The notes below the pieces were generated by a model. It had not been told where the DNA came from and did no database searches. It worked only from the letters and a program-made list of their open reading frames with translations. Below are positions 20,059-34,668 of a DNA stretch of 64,000 bases, piece after piece. Each line of letters begins with the position of its first letter. Within the stretch, counting starts at the first letter, position 1. The position numbers and the translations under genes are program-made. Origin of the DNA: an uncultured Alphaproteobacteria bacterium (lineage in GTDB: Bacteria; Pseudomonadota; Alphaproteobacteria; Rhizobiales; Xanthobacteraceae); NCBI GenBank assembly GCA_963742375.1, contig CAVULP010000003.1:61420-125419 (forward strand), written 5' to 3'.

Positions 20059-21322
20059 GTGCCGTTCCGCCCGCTCGTCCTCGCCAGTGTCTTAGGCAGC
20101 GCGCTCGCCGCCGCGCCGGCAGCCAGGGTCGCCTTGGCCGCGCAGCCGGGCATTGCCGTGCAGACGCTGGCCGCGCCGGTGGAATCGGTGCCGGAGGCGA
20201 CCGACGTGCGGCTCGGCGGCGACGCCAAGCAGACCCGCTTTGTGGTCGATCTGACGCGCAAGGTCGATATCGCGGCCTTCACGCTGGCCGATCCCTATCG
20301 GGTCGTGATCGACCTGCCGCAGGTCGTCTTCAAGCTGCCCGCGCATTCGGGCGAGCGCGGCCGCGGCCTGATCAAGGCCTTCCGCTACGGCCTGATCATG
20401 CAGGGCGGCTCGCGCATCGTGCTCGACCTGAGCGGGCCGGTGCGGGTCGAGAAGGCCTTCACGCTTGCCGCCATCGACGGCCAGCCGGCGCGGCTGGTGC
20501 TCGATCTCGCCGCCACCGACCGCGTGAGCTTCCTGCGCGATATCGAGCTTGGCGCGCGGTCCACGCGCCACGCCGGCCGCCACAATGAGGTGGCGGCGCA
20601 GCCGAGCAGCGATCCGCGTCCGCTGGTCGTGATCGATCCCGGCCATGGCGGCATCGACAGCGGCACCAAGGGCCTCGACGGGCAGGACGAGAAGGACGTG
20701 GTGCTGGCTTTCGGCCTCAAGTTGCGCGCCGCGCTCGAGAAGAGCGGCAAATACCGGGTGGCGATGACGCGCACCGACGACACCTTCATTCCGCTCACCG
20801 AGCGCGTGCACATCGCGCGCCAGCTCAAGGCCGCGCTGTTCATCTCGATCCATGCCGACTCGGTGCCGCGCAGCGAGGGGCAGGCGGCGGGCGCCAGCGT
20901 CTATACGCTGTCCGAGCACGCCTCCGACGCGGAAGCCGCGCACCTGGCCGAGACCGAAAACAAGTCCGACATCATCGCCGGCGTCGATCTGTCCGCCGAG
21001 CCGGACGACGTCGCCAATATCCTGATCGATCTGGCGCAGCGCGAGACCAAGACCTTCTCGGTGCAGTTCGCGCGCGCTGGTCGGCGACATCAAGCCGGTC
21101 GCCCCTTTGCACCTGCAGCCGGTCAAGGCGGCGGGCTTCATCGTGCTGAAAGCGCCCGACGTTCCCTCGGTGCTGGTCGAATTGGGCTACATGTCGACGC
21201 GGCGGGACCTGAAGAACCTGACCTCAGCCGAATGGCAGGCGCGCACGGCCTCGGCCATGGCGCATGCGGTGGACGATTTCTTTGCCCGGCGCCTGGTCGG
21301 CGCCAGCGTGGGGGCCCGCTGA
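20059..21322 (+). CDS. amiC: N-acetylmuramoyl-L-alanine amidase with AMIN domain (frameshift near 3' end)
   Basis: VVIDPGHGGID, EKDVVL, FISIHAD, then VLKAPDVPSVLVELGY in another frame. Confidence 0.9.
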
Positions 21323-21431
21323 TGCGCGCCTGGCCTCAGTTTCAACATAAAACCGGGCCAGGACAGGGCCTTAGCGCCACATGGACGGGCGCGTTTGGCA
21401 TCGCCATATTGGCCTTTTGGGTCATCCCTTC

Positions 21432-23902
21432 ATGAAGCTCATTCTGCGCTTCTTCGGCTTCCTGTTCGCGGCCGGCACCATCTTGTTCGTGGTGGGCGTG
21501 GCCGCGATGGCCGGCGCTGTTGTGGCACTACTCCAAGGACCTGCCGGACTACTCGCAATTGCAGGACTACGAGCCGCCGGTGATGACGCGCATGCACGCG
21601 GCCGACGGCTCGCTGGTGGCCGAATACGCCAAGGAGCGGCGGCTCTACATTCCGATCCAGGCGGTGCCGAAGCGGGTGATCAATGCCTTCCTCGCCGCCG
21701 AGGACAAGAACTTCTACGAGCATGGCGGGCTCGATTTCACCGGCATTGCGCGCGCCGCCGTCAACTACGCGCAGAACTACGGCTCCGACCGCCACCCGCA
21801 GGGCGCCTCCACCATCACGCAGCAGGTCGCCAAGAACTTCTTGCTGACGAACGAAGTCTCCTTCACGCGCAAGATCAAGGAGGCGCTGCTGGCGCTCAAG
21901 ATCGAGCGCACCTACTCGAAGGACAAGATCCTCGAGCTTTACCTGAACGAAATCTATCTCGGCCTCGGCGCCTACGGCATCGCCGCCGCCTCGCTCGTCT
22001 ATTTCGACAAGTCGGTGCACGAGCTGACGATTCCGGAAGCCGCCTATCTGGCGGCGCTGCCGAAGGCGCCGAACAATTATCATCCGTTCCGCCAGCGCGA
22101 GCGCGCCATCGAGCGCCGCAACTGGGTGATCGACCAGATGGCGGAGGACGGCTTCATCAAGACCGCCGACGCCGAGAAGGCCAAGCGCAGCCAACTCGGC
22201 GTGACCGGCAAGCCGCCGGCACGCACATCTTCGCGGCGGAATATTTCGCCGAGGAAGTCCGCCGCGAGCTCTATGACCGCTACGGCGAGAAGAAGCTCTA
22301 CGAAGGCGGCCTGTCGGTGCGCACCACGCTCGATCCCAAGCTGCAGGTGCTGGCGCGCAAGACGCTGATCGACGGCCTGATGCGCTACGACGAGGCCCAC
22401 GGCTATCGCGGCCCGGTCGCCAAGGTCGACATCGGCGCCGACTGGGGCCCCAAGCTCGCCGAGGTCAAGGCGCTCTCCGACATCGCGCCCTGGCGGCTCG
22501 CGGTGGTGCTCGAAGTCGGCGACAAATCGGCGCGCATCGGCTTGCAGCCGGGCCGCGAGCCGGGCGGCGCCGTCAGCAAGGAACGCGACATCGGCATCGT
22601 CCCGCTCGACGGCGTGAAATGGGCGCGCGTCAAAGGCCGCGTGCCAACCAGGGTCGACCAGGTGCTCGCAGCCGGCGACGTGATCTATGTCGCGCCGACC
22701 ACCGGCCAGGGCCAATTCGCGTTGCGCCAGGTGCCGGAGGTCTCCGGCGCCATGGTGGTCGAGGACCCCTGGACCGGCCGCGTGCTCGCCATGGTCGGCG
22801 GCTTCTCCTACGACCAGAGCCAGTTCAACCGCGCCACGCAGGCGCTGCGCCAGCCCGGCTCCTCGTTCAAGCCGATCGTCTATGCGGCCGCGCTCGACAA
22901 CGGCTACACGCCGTCCTCGCTGATCCTCGACGCGCCGATCGAAATCGATCAGGGACCGGGCTCGGCGTCTGGAAGCCGGAGAACTACGAAAACAAGTTCT
23001 ACGGTCCCTCGACGCTGCGCTTCGGCATCGAGCAGTCGCGCAACGTGATGACGGTGCGGCTGGCGCAGGACATCGGCATGCCGCTGATCGCCGAATACGC
23101 CAAGCGCTTCGGCGTCTACGACAATCTGCCGCCCTATCTGTCGTTCGCGCTCGGCGCCGGCGAGACCACGCTGCTGCGCATGGTCACCGCCTACGCGATG
23201 ATCGACAATGGCGGCCGCCGCATCAAGCCGACGCTGATCGACCGCATCCAGGACCGCTACGGCCACACCATCTACCGCCACGACCAGCGCGAATGCATCG
23301 GCTGCGACGCCAAGAAATGGGACAACCAGCCGGAGCCGTCGCTGATCGACAAGCGCGAGCAGGTGCTCGACCCGATGACCGCCTATCAGATCACCTCGAT
23401 CATGGAAGGCGTGGTCCAGCGCGGCACCGCGACCGTGGTGCAGCAGGTCGGCAAGCCGATCGCCGGCAAGACCGGCACCACCAACGACGAAAAGGACGCC
23501 TGGTTCATCGGCTTCACGCCCGACATCGTGGTCGGCGTCTATATCGGCTACGACAAGCCGCGCCGCTCGGGCGCGGCGAGACCGGCGGCGCATCTGGCGG
23601 CGCCCGTCGTGCGCGATTTCATGAAGGAGGCGCTCGCCGACAAGCCGCCGGTGCCGTTCCGCGTGCCGCCCGGCATCAAGCTGATCCGCGTCGATCCCAA
23701 GACCGGCATGCGCGCCGGCCCCGGCAGCGAGCGCGTGATCCTGGAAGCTTTCAAGCCGGGCACCGCGCCGCCCGACGACTATTCGGTGGTCGGCTACGAG
23801 GGCAGCGGCGAGACCCGCGGCGGGGGGCGGCCGCCGTTCTTCGGCAATGTGCCGCCCGACTCCGGCCGCGCGGTGCGCTCGGGCACCGGCGGGCTTTACT
23901 GA
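21432..23902 (+). CDS. mrcA: Penicillin-binding protein 1A (frameshifted)
   Basis: Transglycosylase motifs AEDKNFYEH and GASTITQQVAKN; transpeptidase motifs GSSFKP, SRN and GKTGT. Confidence 0.92.
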
Positions 23903-24006
23903 GTATTGATCCTTGCGGCGCGTCAATGGTTGCGCCGTCGCGGACGCGACGTTAAATCCCTGTCACAATGAATCGAAAGGCCGCTCCGGCGGCCATGGAA
24001 TTTGCA

Positions 24007-25140
24007 ATGCGCGCGGAAACCGCAAACCTCGTCGACGAGATCAAGCAGTCGCTCGTGCTGCTGAGGAGGCATCTTTGACGTCGAGACCGCGAAACGCCGC
24101 CTCGCCGAGCTGAACAAAGAGGCCGAGGACCCCAATCTCTGGAACGACCAGGCGCGCGCGCAACGCGTGATGCGCGAGCGCGACGCGCTCGAGGACCAGC
24201 TCGGCGCCATCGGCCGCATCGAGCGGGAGCTCGACGACCAGCTCACGCATGATCGAGCTCGGCGAATCCGAAAAGGACGACAAGACCATCGGCGAGGCGG
24301 AAGCCGCCCTCAAGCGGCTGAAGGCGGAGGTGGCGCGGCGCGAGCTGGAAGCGCTGCTGTCGGGCGAGGCCGACGCCAACGACTGCTATCTCGAAGTCCA
24401 TGCCGGCGCCGGCGGCACCGAGAGCCAGGACTGGGCCGGCATGCTGATGCGCATGTATGTGCGCTGGGCCGAAGCGCACGGCTACAAGGTCGAGTGGCTG
24501 GAGGAGAGCGAAGGCGAGGGCGCCGGCATCAAGTCGGCGACCGTCACGATCAAAGGCCACAACGCCTATGGCTGGCTCAAGAGCGAGAACGGCGTGCATC
24601 GGCTGGTGCGCATCTCGCCGTTCGACGCCAACGCGCGCCGGCACACCTCGTTTGCCAGCGTCATGGTCTTTCCGGTGGTCGACGACCGCATCAAGATCGA
24701 CATCAACGAAAACGACGTGCGCACCGACGTGATGCGCTCGAGCGGCGCCGGCGGCCAGCACGTCAACAAGACCGAAGTCGGCGGTGCGGTTGACCCACAT
24801 CCCGACCAACATCGTGGTCAAGTGCCAGCAGGACCGCTCGCAGCACCGCAACCGCGCCATGGCCTGGGACATGCTGCGCGCCAAGCTGTTCGAGGCGGAG
24901 ATGAAAAAGCGCGAGGACAAGGCGGTGGCCGAGCAGGCGGCCAAGACCGATATCGGCTGGGGCCACCAGATCCGATCCTACGTGTTGCAGCCCTATCAGA
25001 TGGTGAAGGACCTGCGCACCGGCGTGTCGACCTCCAACACGGCCGGCGTGCTCGACGGCGATCTCGACGAGTTCATGCAGGCAGCGCTGGCGCAGAAGGC
25101 CTTCGGCACCGAGCCGGTCGAGGTCGAGGACGTGGAGTAG
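24007..25140 (+). CDS. prfB: Peptide chain release factor 2 (programmed +1 frameshift plus additional indels)
   Basis: [23 protein letters not shown], then CTT TGA C; SPF and GGQ motifs; WGHQIRSY. Confidence 0.96.
24064..24079 (+). promoter_or_regulatory. prfB programmed +1 ribosomal frameshift site
   Basis: Internal SD AGGAGG, 3-nt spacer, CTT TGA C in frame with the ATG at 24007. Confidence 0.93.
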
Positions 25141-25270
25141 TGTGAACTGCGTCACACCCCGAAGGGTGTGAACGGCTTCACATCCACGATCGGCGCCCGG
25201 CGAAAATTTCAGACAAACCAATAGCTTTTGCCGCGCCGATCACATCTTTGTGCGTGTGATGTCCGACACA
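25141..25270. promoter_or_regulatory. Cluster of CRP-type boxes (TGTGA-N6-TCACA)
   Basis: Perfect at 25141-25156 and 25167-25182; one mismatch at 25255-25270. Confidence 0.6.
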
Positions 25271-25362
25271 GCCTGCACGGGCTGTGCGCTCCTATCGTCA
25301 TGGCAATCGAAAACAAAGCGTCCGGCTCAAACCGGGATGCGCATCAAGATCAGGGTGACGTC

Positions 25363-25591
25363 ATGTTCAAGTTCATCATCTCCGCAGTGTTGGCCGCCGC
25401 CGCGATTGCCGGCGCGTTCACAGTCCTGACCACCGCGAGCGACCGGCTCGATGCCGGCCCGCTGGCCCCGGCCGGCGGAAGCCGTGCTCAAGACCTGCAC
25501 GCAGCAGCCTTGGCCTTATCTGAATTGCGTCGGCACGCCGCTCGGCAATCCGCACATCCGGCTGATTGTGACCGAGCGCCTGGGCGCTTGA
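25363..25591 (+). CDS. Small secreted/anchored hypothetical protein (probable single indel)
   Basis: Hydrophobic N-terminus MFKFIISAVLAAAAIAGAF; an alternative frame continues CTQQPWPYLNCVG...IRLIVTERLGA*. Confidence 0.6.
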
Positions 25592-25600
25592 GCAGTCCGG

Positions 25601-27757
<2,157 letters not shown>

Positions 27758-27840
27758 GATGCGGCATCCCCCCGTCGGAATAGCGGACTTCATGGAATAT
27801 AGCGGCCCGGATGGCAACCGCCGGCGGCAACGCTATCCAA

Positions 27841-28617
27841 TCAATGGCCGCTCCATTGCGGCGTGCGCTTCTCGACGAAAGCCTTGACGCCGGCCCGAAA
27901 GTCGTCGCTGCCGTAACAGGCGCGCACCAGGTCGGCGTCGTCGGGAATGCCGGCCTTTTGCAGGCGCCGCATGGCTTCCTTGGTGACGCGCATGGTGACC
28001 GGGGCATTGCCCTGCAGGCGCTCGCAGATCCCGGCGATCGTCTGGTCGAGCGCGGCGGCATCCACCACCGCCGTCACAAATCCGGCTGCCAGCGCATCTT
28101 CGGCCGACAAATTTTCCGCCAGCAACAGCATTCGCTTGGCGCGCGCCTGACCGAGCGCCGCGATCAGCCGGGCATAATTGGCGATCGACAGGCAATTGCC
28201 CAGCGTGCGCGCAATCGGCACGCCGAATTTCGTGCCCGGGGTGGCGATGCGCAGGTCGCAGCAGGCGGCGATCGCCAGCCCGCCGCCGATCGCCCAGCCT
28301 TCCACCACGGCCAGCGTCGGCATCGGCAAAGCTTCGAGCGCGGCGAGATAGCCTTCCATCTTCGCCTCATAGGCGACGCCCTGTTCGCCGGTTTTGAAGT
28401 CCTGGAACTGGGCAATGTCGGTGCCGGCGATGAAGGCCTTGCCGCCGACCCCGCGCAGGACCGTCACGCGCACGCTCGCATCCTTGGCGAGCTGTTCGCA
28501 GGCGGCCGCCAGTCCCTCGTACATCCGCCACGTCATGGCATTGCGCGCTTGCGGCCGGTCGAACAGGATCGTCGCCACCGCAGCCTCGCGCACCAGACGC
28601 ACGTCACCGTCAGTCAT
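27841..28617 (-). CDS. Enoyl-CoA hydratase/isomerase family protein
   Basis: DRPQARNA, AFIAGTDI, GWAIGGG, DFRAGVKAFVEKRTP. Confidence 0.9.
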   Translation of the reverse strand: MTDGDVRLVREAAVATILFDRPQARNAMTWRMYEGLAAACEQLAKDASVRVTVLRGVGGKAFIAGTDIAQFQDFKTGEQGVAYEAKMEGYLAALEALPMPTLAVVEGWAIGGGLAIAACCDLRIATPGTKFGVPIARTLGNCLSIANYARLIAALGQARAKRMLLLAENLSAEDALAAGFVTAVVDAAALDQTIAGICERLQGNAPVTMRVTKEAMRRLQKAGIPDDADLVRACYGSDDFRAGVKAFVEKRTPQWSGH

Positions 28618-28749
28618 GGGCTTGTCCCTCCCTGTTTATGGAGTCTCTTGCGCGGAGTATCGCCCGGCCGGCAGCGAAATACGACCAGGTGGGGTATGCG
28701 CCGCGCGCATGGGCGTGACGCAGGCGTTCTGAATTAGAAAATCTGCGGC

Positions 28750-30108
28750 CTAGCTATTGCTGCCGAGCCGCAATCCCGCGCGCAGGAATTTCTGCGGATT
28801 GACCGGCTCGCCGTTGATGCGCGTCTCGTAATGCAGATGCGGGCCGGTGGAGCGCCCGGTCGAGCCGATGCGGCCGACGACTTGGCCGATGTGCACCGTC
28901 TGCCCGACCTTGACGTCGATTTGCGACAGATGGCCGTAGCGGGTGGCGAGCCCATTGCCGTGGTCGAGCTCGACCATGTTGCCGTAGCCGCCTTCGCGGC
29001 CGGCAATCGTGACTTTGCCGGCGGCGGTGGCGTGCACCGGCTCGCCGATCTCGCCGCGCAGGTCGATGCCGGTATGCATGGCCGGGCGGCCGAGGAAGGG
29101 ATCGAGCCGCACGCCGAAGGGCGAGCTCATGTCGACTTCGCCGGCGACCGGCTTGCGCACCGGCACCGCGACCAGCACGTGGTTCAAGTGGTCGATCTGC
29201 GCGCGCGCGATATTGATGCGGTAGAGCTGGCGGTCGAAGGCGCTCGATCCCGGCCGCGGCGGCCTGATCGGCACGAACGGGCCGCCGACGGCGGCGCCGG
29301 GCGGCGTCTTGCCGGTATCGACGCCGAGATCGCCGAGCACGCTCTGCCATGCGGCGCGCCTTGCTGTCGACGTGCTCCTCGATATCGGTGAGCGCCGCCA
29401 CCTGCCGGTGCGCGATCTTGTCGAGCGCGCCGGAGACGCGCGCCAGAATGCCGTCGAGCCCGCCGCCATTGCCGCGCGCGGCAAGCCGCGTCGCGCTCAC
29501 CGGCAATTCGCGCGATTGCAGGCGCGCCTCGCGGTCGGGTGGGGCGGTGAAGATGACCGTGTCGCTGATCGGCGAAGGCTTCAACTGCGGCGCGGCGGGC
29601 GCGGCCACCGGCGCGCTGCGGTGCGCGGGCCGGATCGAGCCGGTGCTCAACACATCGCCGGCCAGCGCATCGGTGCGCTGCTCGAGCGTCGCCTGGCGTT
29701 GCAGCAGTTCCTTCAGCTTCTGCTCGAACTGCTCCTGGTCGAGCAACTGCCGGCTGGTGATGCGGTCGACCTGCGCGCGCATCTCGGCGATGCGGTCCTC
29801 ATAGGCGAATTGCATCTGCGCCTGGCGGCCGATCAGGCGGGTGAGCACGTCGTCGCGGAAGGCGAAATAGGTGCCGGTCGCGATCGACCAGATCGCCATC
29901 ACGACCAACGTCCCGACCACGATCCAGAACGCGACCGGGCCGATGCGGACCTGACGGCCGCCATGCTGGAGCGTGTAGCCGCCTTGGCGCGCTGGATATG
30001 GCGGGAAACGGCGGCGGCCGATTGCGCGCGCGGCTGCGCATAACCGGGATGCTGATCGGAACCGGGACGATGATCTATGTTCGGGTGGTAATAGGACGTG
30101 GACGACAT
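28750..30108 (-). CDS. M23 family metallopeptidase with N-terminal TM and coiled coil (frameshifted)
   Basis: HTGIDL, TRYGHLS and TGPHLHYE zinc motifs; TM segment and coiled coil in ORF 28754..30160. Confidence 0.88.
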
Positions 30109-30183
30109 CGACGCTCCAGCCACCGCCGGTTCGGCCACGCGCGAGCCGGTGGACCAGCACTTAACGTGCGATATCAATCCGAT

Positions 30184-30202
30184 ATGGTTAAAAAGCCGCT
30201 AA
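30184..30202 (-). promoter_or_regulatory. Putative CtrA binding site
   Basis: Minus strand TTAG-N7-TTAACCAT (consensus TTAA-N7-TTAAC) upstream of the M23 peptidase. Confidence 0.5.
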
Positions 30203-30252
30203 GCTCCGCCCGGGCGGCGCCCGATTCGCCGCTGCAAGAGAAGAGCAGGGGA

Positions 30253-30723
30253 TCATAGCGCCTTGGCGGCATCCAAGACCTCCTCGGCATGGCCCGGCAC
30301 GGAGACCTTCGGCCAGACGCGGGCGATGCGGCCCTTGCCGTCGATCAGGAAAGTCTTGCGCATGACCCCCAGGTATTTGCGTCCGTAAAGCGATTTCTCG
30401 CCCCAGGCCCCGTAGGCGGCCAGCATCGTCTTGGTTTCGTCCGAGGCGAGGGCGATTTTCAGTCTGTGCTTGGCTTTGAATTTGTCCTGCGCCGGAACCG
30501 GGTCGGCGGATACCCCCAGGATTTCGGTTCCCGCCTTGGCAAAAGCCGCGCGCAGGCTTGAGAATGCGATAGCTTCCTTGGTGCAGCCCGGCGTGTCGGC
30601 CTTCGGGTAAAAATAAAGGACGAGATTGCGGCCCATGAAGTCCTTCAACGACACCGCCTGGCCGCCGTCGCCCGGCAGCGTGAAGGCCGGCGCCTTGTCG
30701 CCGACAGCCAATTCGCGCGCCAT
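30253..30723 (-). CDS. bcp: Peroxiredoxin Bcp/PrxQ
   Basis: LYFYPKADTPGCTKEA; RKTFLID. Confidence 0.92.
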   Translation of the reverse strand: MARELAVGDKAPAFTLPGDGGQAVSLKDFMGRNLVLYFYPKADTPGCTKEAIAFSSLRAAFAKAGTEILGVSADPVPAQDKFKAKHRLKIALASDETKTMLAAYGAWGEKSLYGRKYLGVMRKTFLIDGKGRIARVWPKVSVPGHAEEVLDAAKAL

Positions 30724-30861
30724 ATGCCTTCCTTTCGACGCTTTCCGGCGGTCATTGTCGCAAATGCCACTTGCGTCGGGTGGGCGCAAGCGGGTCCACG
30801 GTTACGGTTTAGCGGCGGCAAAAGACGCGCATTGCGCCGGACGAGGGGCGCCCGCTCGGGC

Positions 30862-33800
30862 ATGACACGTAACGACCACAACAACCCGAGGCATCCGGAC
30901 CACCACGCGGCGGCCGCGCGCCGCGCATCGCACCATCCTGCCCATCATCCCTCGCATCATCCGATCCACCATGCCAAGCACGAGCATGCGCCGGCGCATG
31001 AGCCTGCCGGCGGCCATGCTCACCATCCCCAGCATCCGCCCGAGCATGGCCCGCGCCGCCAATGGGGCAGGCTCCGGCGCGCCGCCATCAGGGGCCTGCG
31101 CCAGCCCTTGGTACGGCGGCTATTCTGGGGCACGACGCTTGCCCTCGGGCTGGTCACCGTTGCCATCGCCGCGCTGTGGTGGCGCCTCTCCATCGGACCG
31201 ATCGAGCTTGATATCGCGACGCCGTGGCTGAAGGCGGCGATCGAGGAAAATTTCGGCGGCAAGCACACGGTTTCGGTCGGCGGCACCCAGCTCGAGCGCG
31301 ACGAGGACGGCCGCGTGTCATTGCGCCTGCGCGACATCACCGTGCGCGACGCCGACGGCACGGTGGTGGCGAGCGCGCCCAAGGCGGAAGTCGGATTGTC
31401 CGGGATGAGCCTGCTCTCGGGCACATGTGCGGGCGAAAAGCCTCAATCTGGTCGGCGCCGAAATGGCGGTGCGCATCGAGAAGAACGGCAGCGTGACCGT
31501 GTTCGCCGGCGCCAACAAGCGGCCGATCGCGACGGCTGCGCCAGCGCTGCCTGCGGCCGGGGCCGCGGCAATCGTTGAATCGAGCGTGCCGGCGCCGCTG
31601 CGCGCCGGCTTGGAGAACGTCGCTGGCCTGTTGGCCTGGATCGACGGGCTGGGCGCCACCGGCCTCGACGGCCACGACTTGCGCGAACTCGGCCTGAAGA
31701 ACGGCAATCTGGTGGTGGACGACCAGCGCAACGGCAAGCATTGGAGCTTCAGCCAGATCAATGTCAGCCTGATGCGGCCGACGCAGGGCGGGCTGATGTT
31801 CCGCCTGGCCTCCGAGAATAAAGAGCGTCCTTGGGTGCTGAGCGCCGCCGTGCGCCCGCTCAGCGACGGCGTGCGCGCGCTCGGCATCGAAGCGCGCGAC
31901 GTCTCGACCAGCGACATTCTCCTGGCCATGCGTCTTAACGAGAGCGAGGTCGACGCCGAAATGCCGGTGTCGGCCAGCGTGCGCGCGGAACTTTCGTCCG
32001 CCGGCGCGTTGCAGCGCTTGCAAGGCCAGATCGTCGCCGGCCGCGGCAAGGTCATCGATCACGGCGCAAGACAGATACAGCGTGGAGGTCGAGCACGCCG
32101 ATATCCGCTTCAATTGGGATCCACGGACTCGCGTCCTGGACGTGCCGTTTCAGGTTCAGGCGGGCGGCAATCAATTCACCATGCGCGCCACGCTGGAAGC
32201 GCCCGCCGACCAGAGCGGCGTGTGGCACTTCAACGTCGCGCGCAGCGATCCGGTGATCGATCCGGTTATTCTGGCGGCGAGCGGAGCGCTCGAAGCGGAC
32301 GGATTTGCGATCAACCGCGTGACCATGGAAGGGCGCATCGATACCAACCGCCACCGGATCGATCTGGACAAGGGCGATCTGTCCCGCGTCGACACGCGGC
32401 CCTTGTACAATATCGGCATCGCCGTTACCGGCAGTCTCGATTTTTCCGGCGCCGAACCGCATCTCGCCTTCGGCATCGCCTGCACGCGCATGCCGGGCTC
32501 GGTGATGAAGCGCATATGGCCGATCTTCGGCGCCTATCCGGTGCGGCAATGGGTCGAGGAGCATGTGTCCGGCGGCATCGTCGAGCGCACCGTGATCGCC
32601 GGCAATGCGCCGCTGTCGTATTTCCACGCCGGCGGCCCGCCGATGCCCGATGACGGGCTCTCGGTCGATCTCGAGACCAGCGGCACGACCTTGCACCCGG
32701 TGCAATCGCTGCCGGAAATTCACGACGCCGACCTTACGGTCCGGGTCGTCGGGCGCCATGCGACCGTCAGTCTCGGCCGCGGCACGGTCGACGTGGCGGG
32801 GGAGCGCAAGCTCAATATCGCGAACGGCATATTCGAAGTGCCGGACGTCCATCCAAAGCCCGCGCCGGCGCATGCCCGCTTCCGCATCGACGGCTCGGTG
32901 CCGGCGGCGGCGGCGTTGCTTTCGGGCGAGGGCTTCCGCGACATCGTCGGCCTCACGCTCGATCCGGCCTCGACCCGCGGCACGGTCAGCGCGCGCGTCA
33001 GCGTCGATCTCGCGGTCGGCAAGAACGTGCCGAAAAATTCCGCCACCTATGCCATCGCGGCGGATATGACCAATTTTGCCGCCGACAAGATGCTGCTCGG
33101 GCGCAAGGTCGAGGCGTCCACGCTGCGGGTGAGCGCGACCAACGCCGGCTACCAGATCAAGGGCGACGTCAAAGTCAACGGCACGCCGGCCGCGCTCGAT
33201 GTCCAGAAACAGAAGGACAGCGACGCCGAATTGCACTTGCAGGCCAAGCTCGACGAGGCCGCCCGCCACCGCTTAGGGATCGATTTCGGCCACAGCGTCA
33301 CCGGCGTCATTCCGGTCAACGTCACCGGCAGCGTGAACGACGACACCACCGACAACCGGCTGAAAGTGGAAGCCGATCTCACGCAGGCCAAAATCGACAA
33401 CCTGCTGCCGGGCTGGCAGAAGCCGGCCGGCAAGCCGGCGCGGGCGACTTACACGCTCAGCAAGACGGCGAAATCGGTGCGCTTCGACGATCTGTCGATC
33501 GACGGCTCGGGCGCCGATGTGAAAGGCGCGGTCGAACTCGACAACGCCGGCGATATCGTGTCGGCCAATCTGCCGGTCTTCGCGCTGTCCGGCGGCGACA
33601 AGGTGACGCTGAAGGCCGATCGTGGCGGCGACGGCGTGCTGCACGTCACCATGCGCGGCGACGTCTATGACGGGCGCAATTTCGTGAAATCCTCGCTCGC
33701 CGGCGAGGCGCCCGAGAAGACCAAGCAAAAGCAGACCGATCTCGATCTCGACATCAAGCTCGGCACGGTGGCCGGCTACAACGGCGAGACCTTGCGCGGG

Positions 33801-34517
33801 CTGGATCTGCGGTTGTCGCGCCGCGCCGGACAGATCCGCACGTTCACGATGAAATCCAAGATCGGCCGCGACACCCCGCTCGAGGGCGACCTGCGCCTGC
33901 GCGCCAGCGACAACCACCAGGTCATCTATTTCGAGACCGAGGATGCCGGCGCGCTGTTCCGCTTCACCGACATGTATCCGCGCATGTTCGGCGGACAGAT
34001 GTGGGTGGCGATGGACCCGCCGACGCAGGAGCAAAAGCCGCAGGTCGGCACGCTCTCGATCCGCAATTTCATCGTGCGCGGGGAGCCGACGCTCGACCGC
34101 GTGGTGGCCGGCGCGCCGGGCCAGCCGCGCGGCAGCGTGCAGTTCACCGAAATGCATGCCGACTTCACGCGCTTTGCCGGCAAGATGTCGATTCGCGACG
34201 GCGTGGTGCGCGGGCCGGCGGTGGGCGCGACGGTCGAGGGCCAAGTCGACTACATCAAGAACGACGTGCATCTGCGCGGCACCTTCGTGCCGTTCTACGG
34301 CCTCAACAATATGTTCGGGCAGATCCCGATCGTGGGCGTGTTCCTCGGCGGCGGCAGCAATGAGGGCCTGCTCGGCATCACCTATGAGGCGACCGGCCCG
34401 CCGAGCGCGCCGCGCGTCATCGTCAATCCGGTGACCGCGATCGCGCCCGGGCTGTTGCGGAAATTCATCCCGTCGCCCGGTGCCTTCGACCCGAATTTCA
34501 CGCCGGTGCCGCGTTGA
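30862..34517 (+). CDS. YhdP/AsmA-like (DUF3971) large intermembrane bridge protein with His-rich N-terminus (frameshifted)
   Basis: N-terminal TM followed by RLSIGPI, long beta-rich body, C-terminal GTFVPFYGLNN...VNPVTAIAPG; three ORF pieces. Confidence 0.8.
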
Positions 34518-34668
34518 GCCAAGCGCGGATCGCACCCGTTTGCGCATAAGATCGATAAGAATTCCAATGGCTTAAGGAACCACTTGCGCGCCGGCTTGAT
34601 AATTCGCAAGGCGCCGAGCGGCAATTGCAGCCATTGATATCTTTTGCCGCTGCCGCCGGGGTGCCGCG

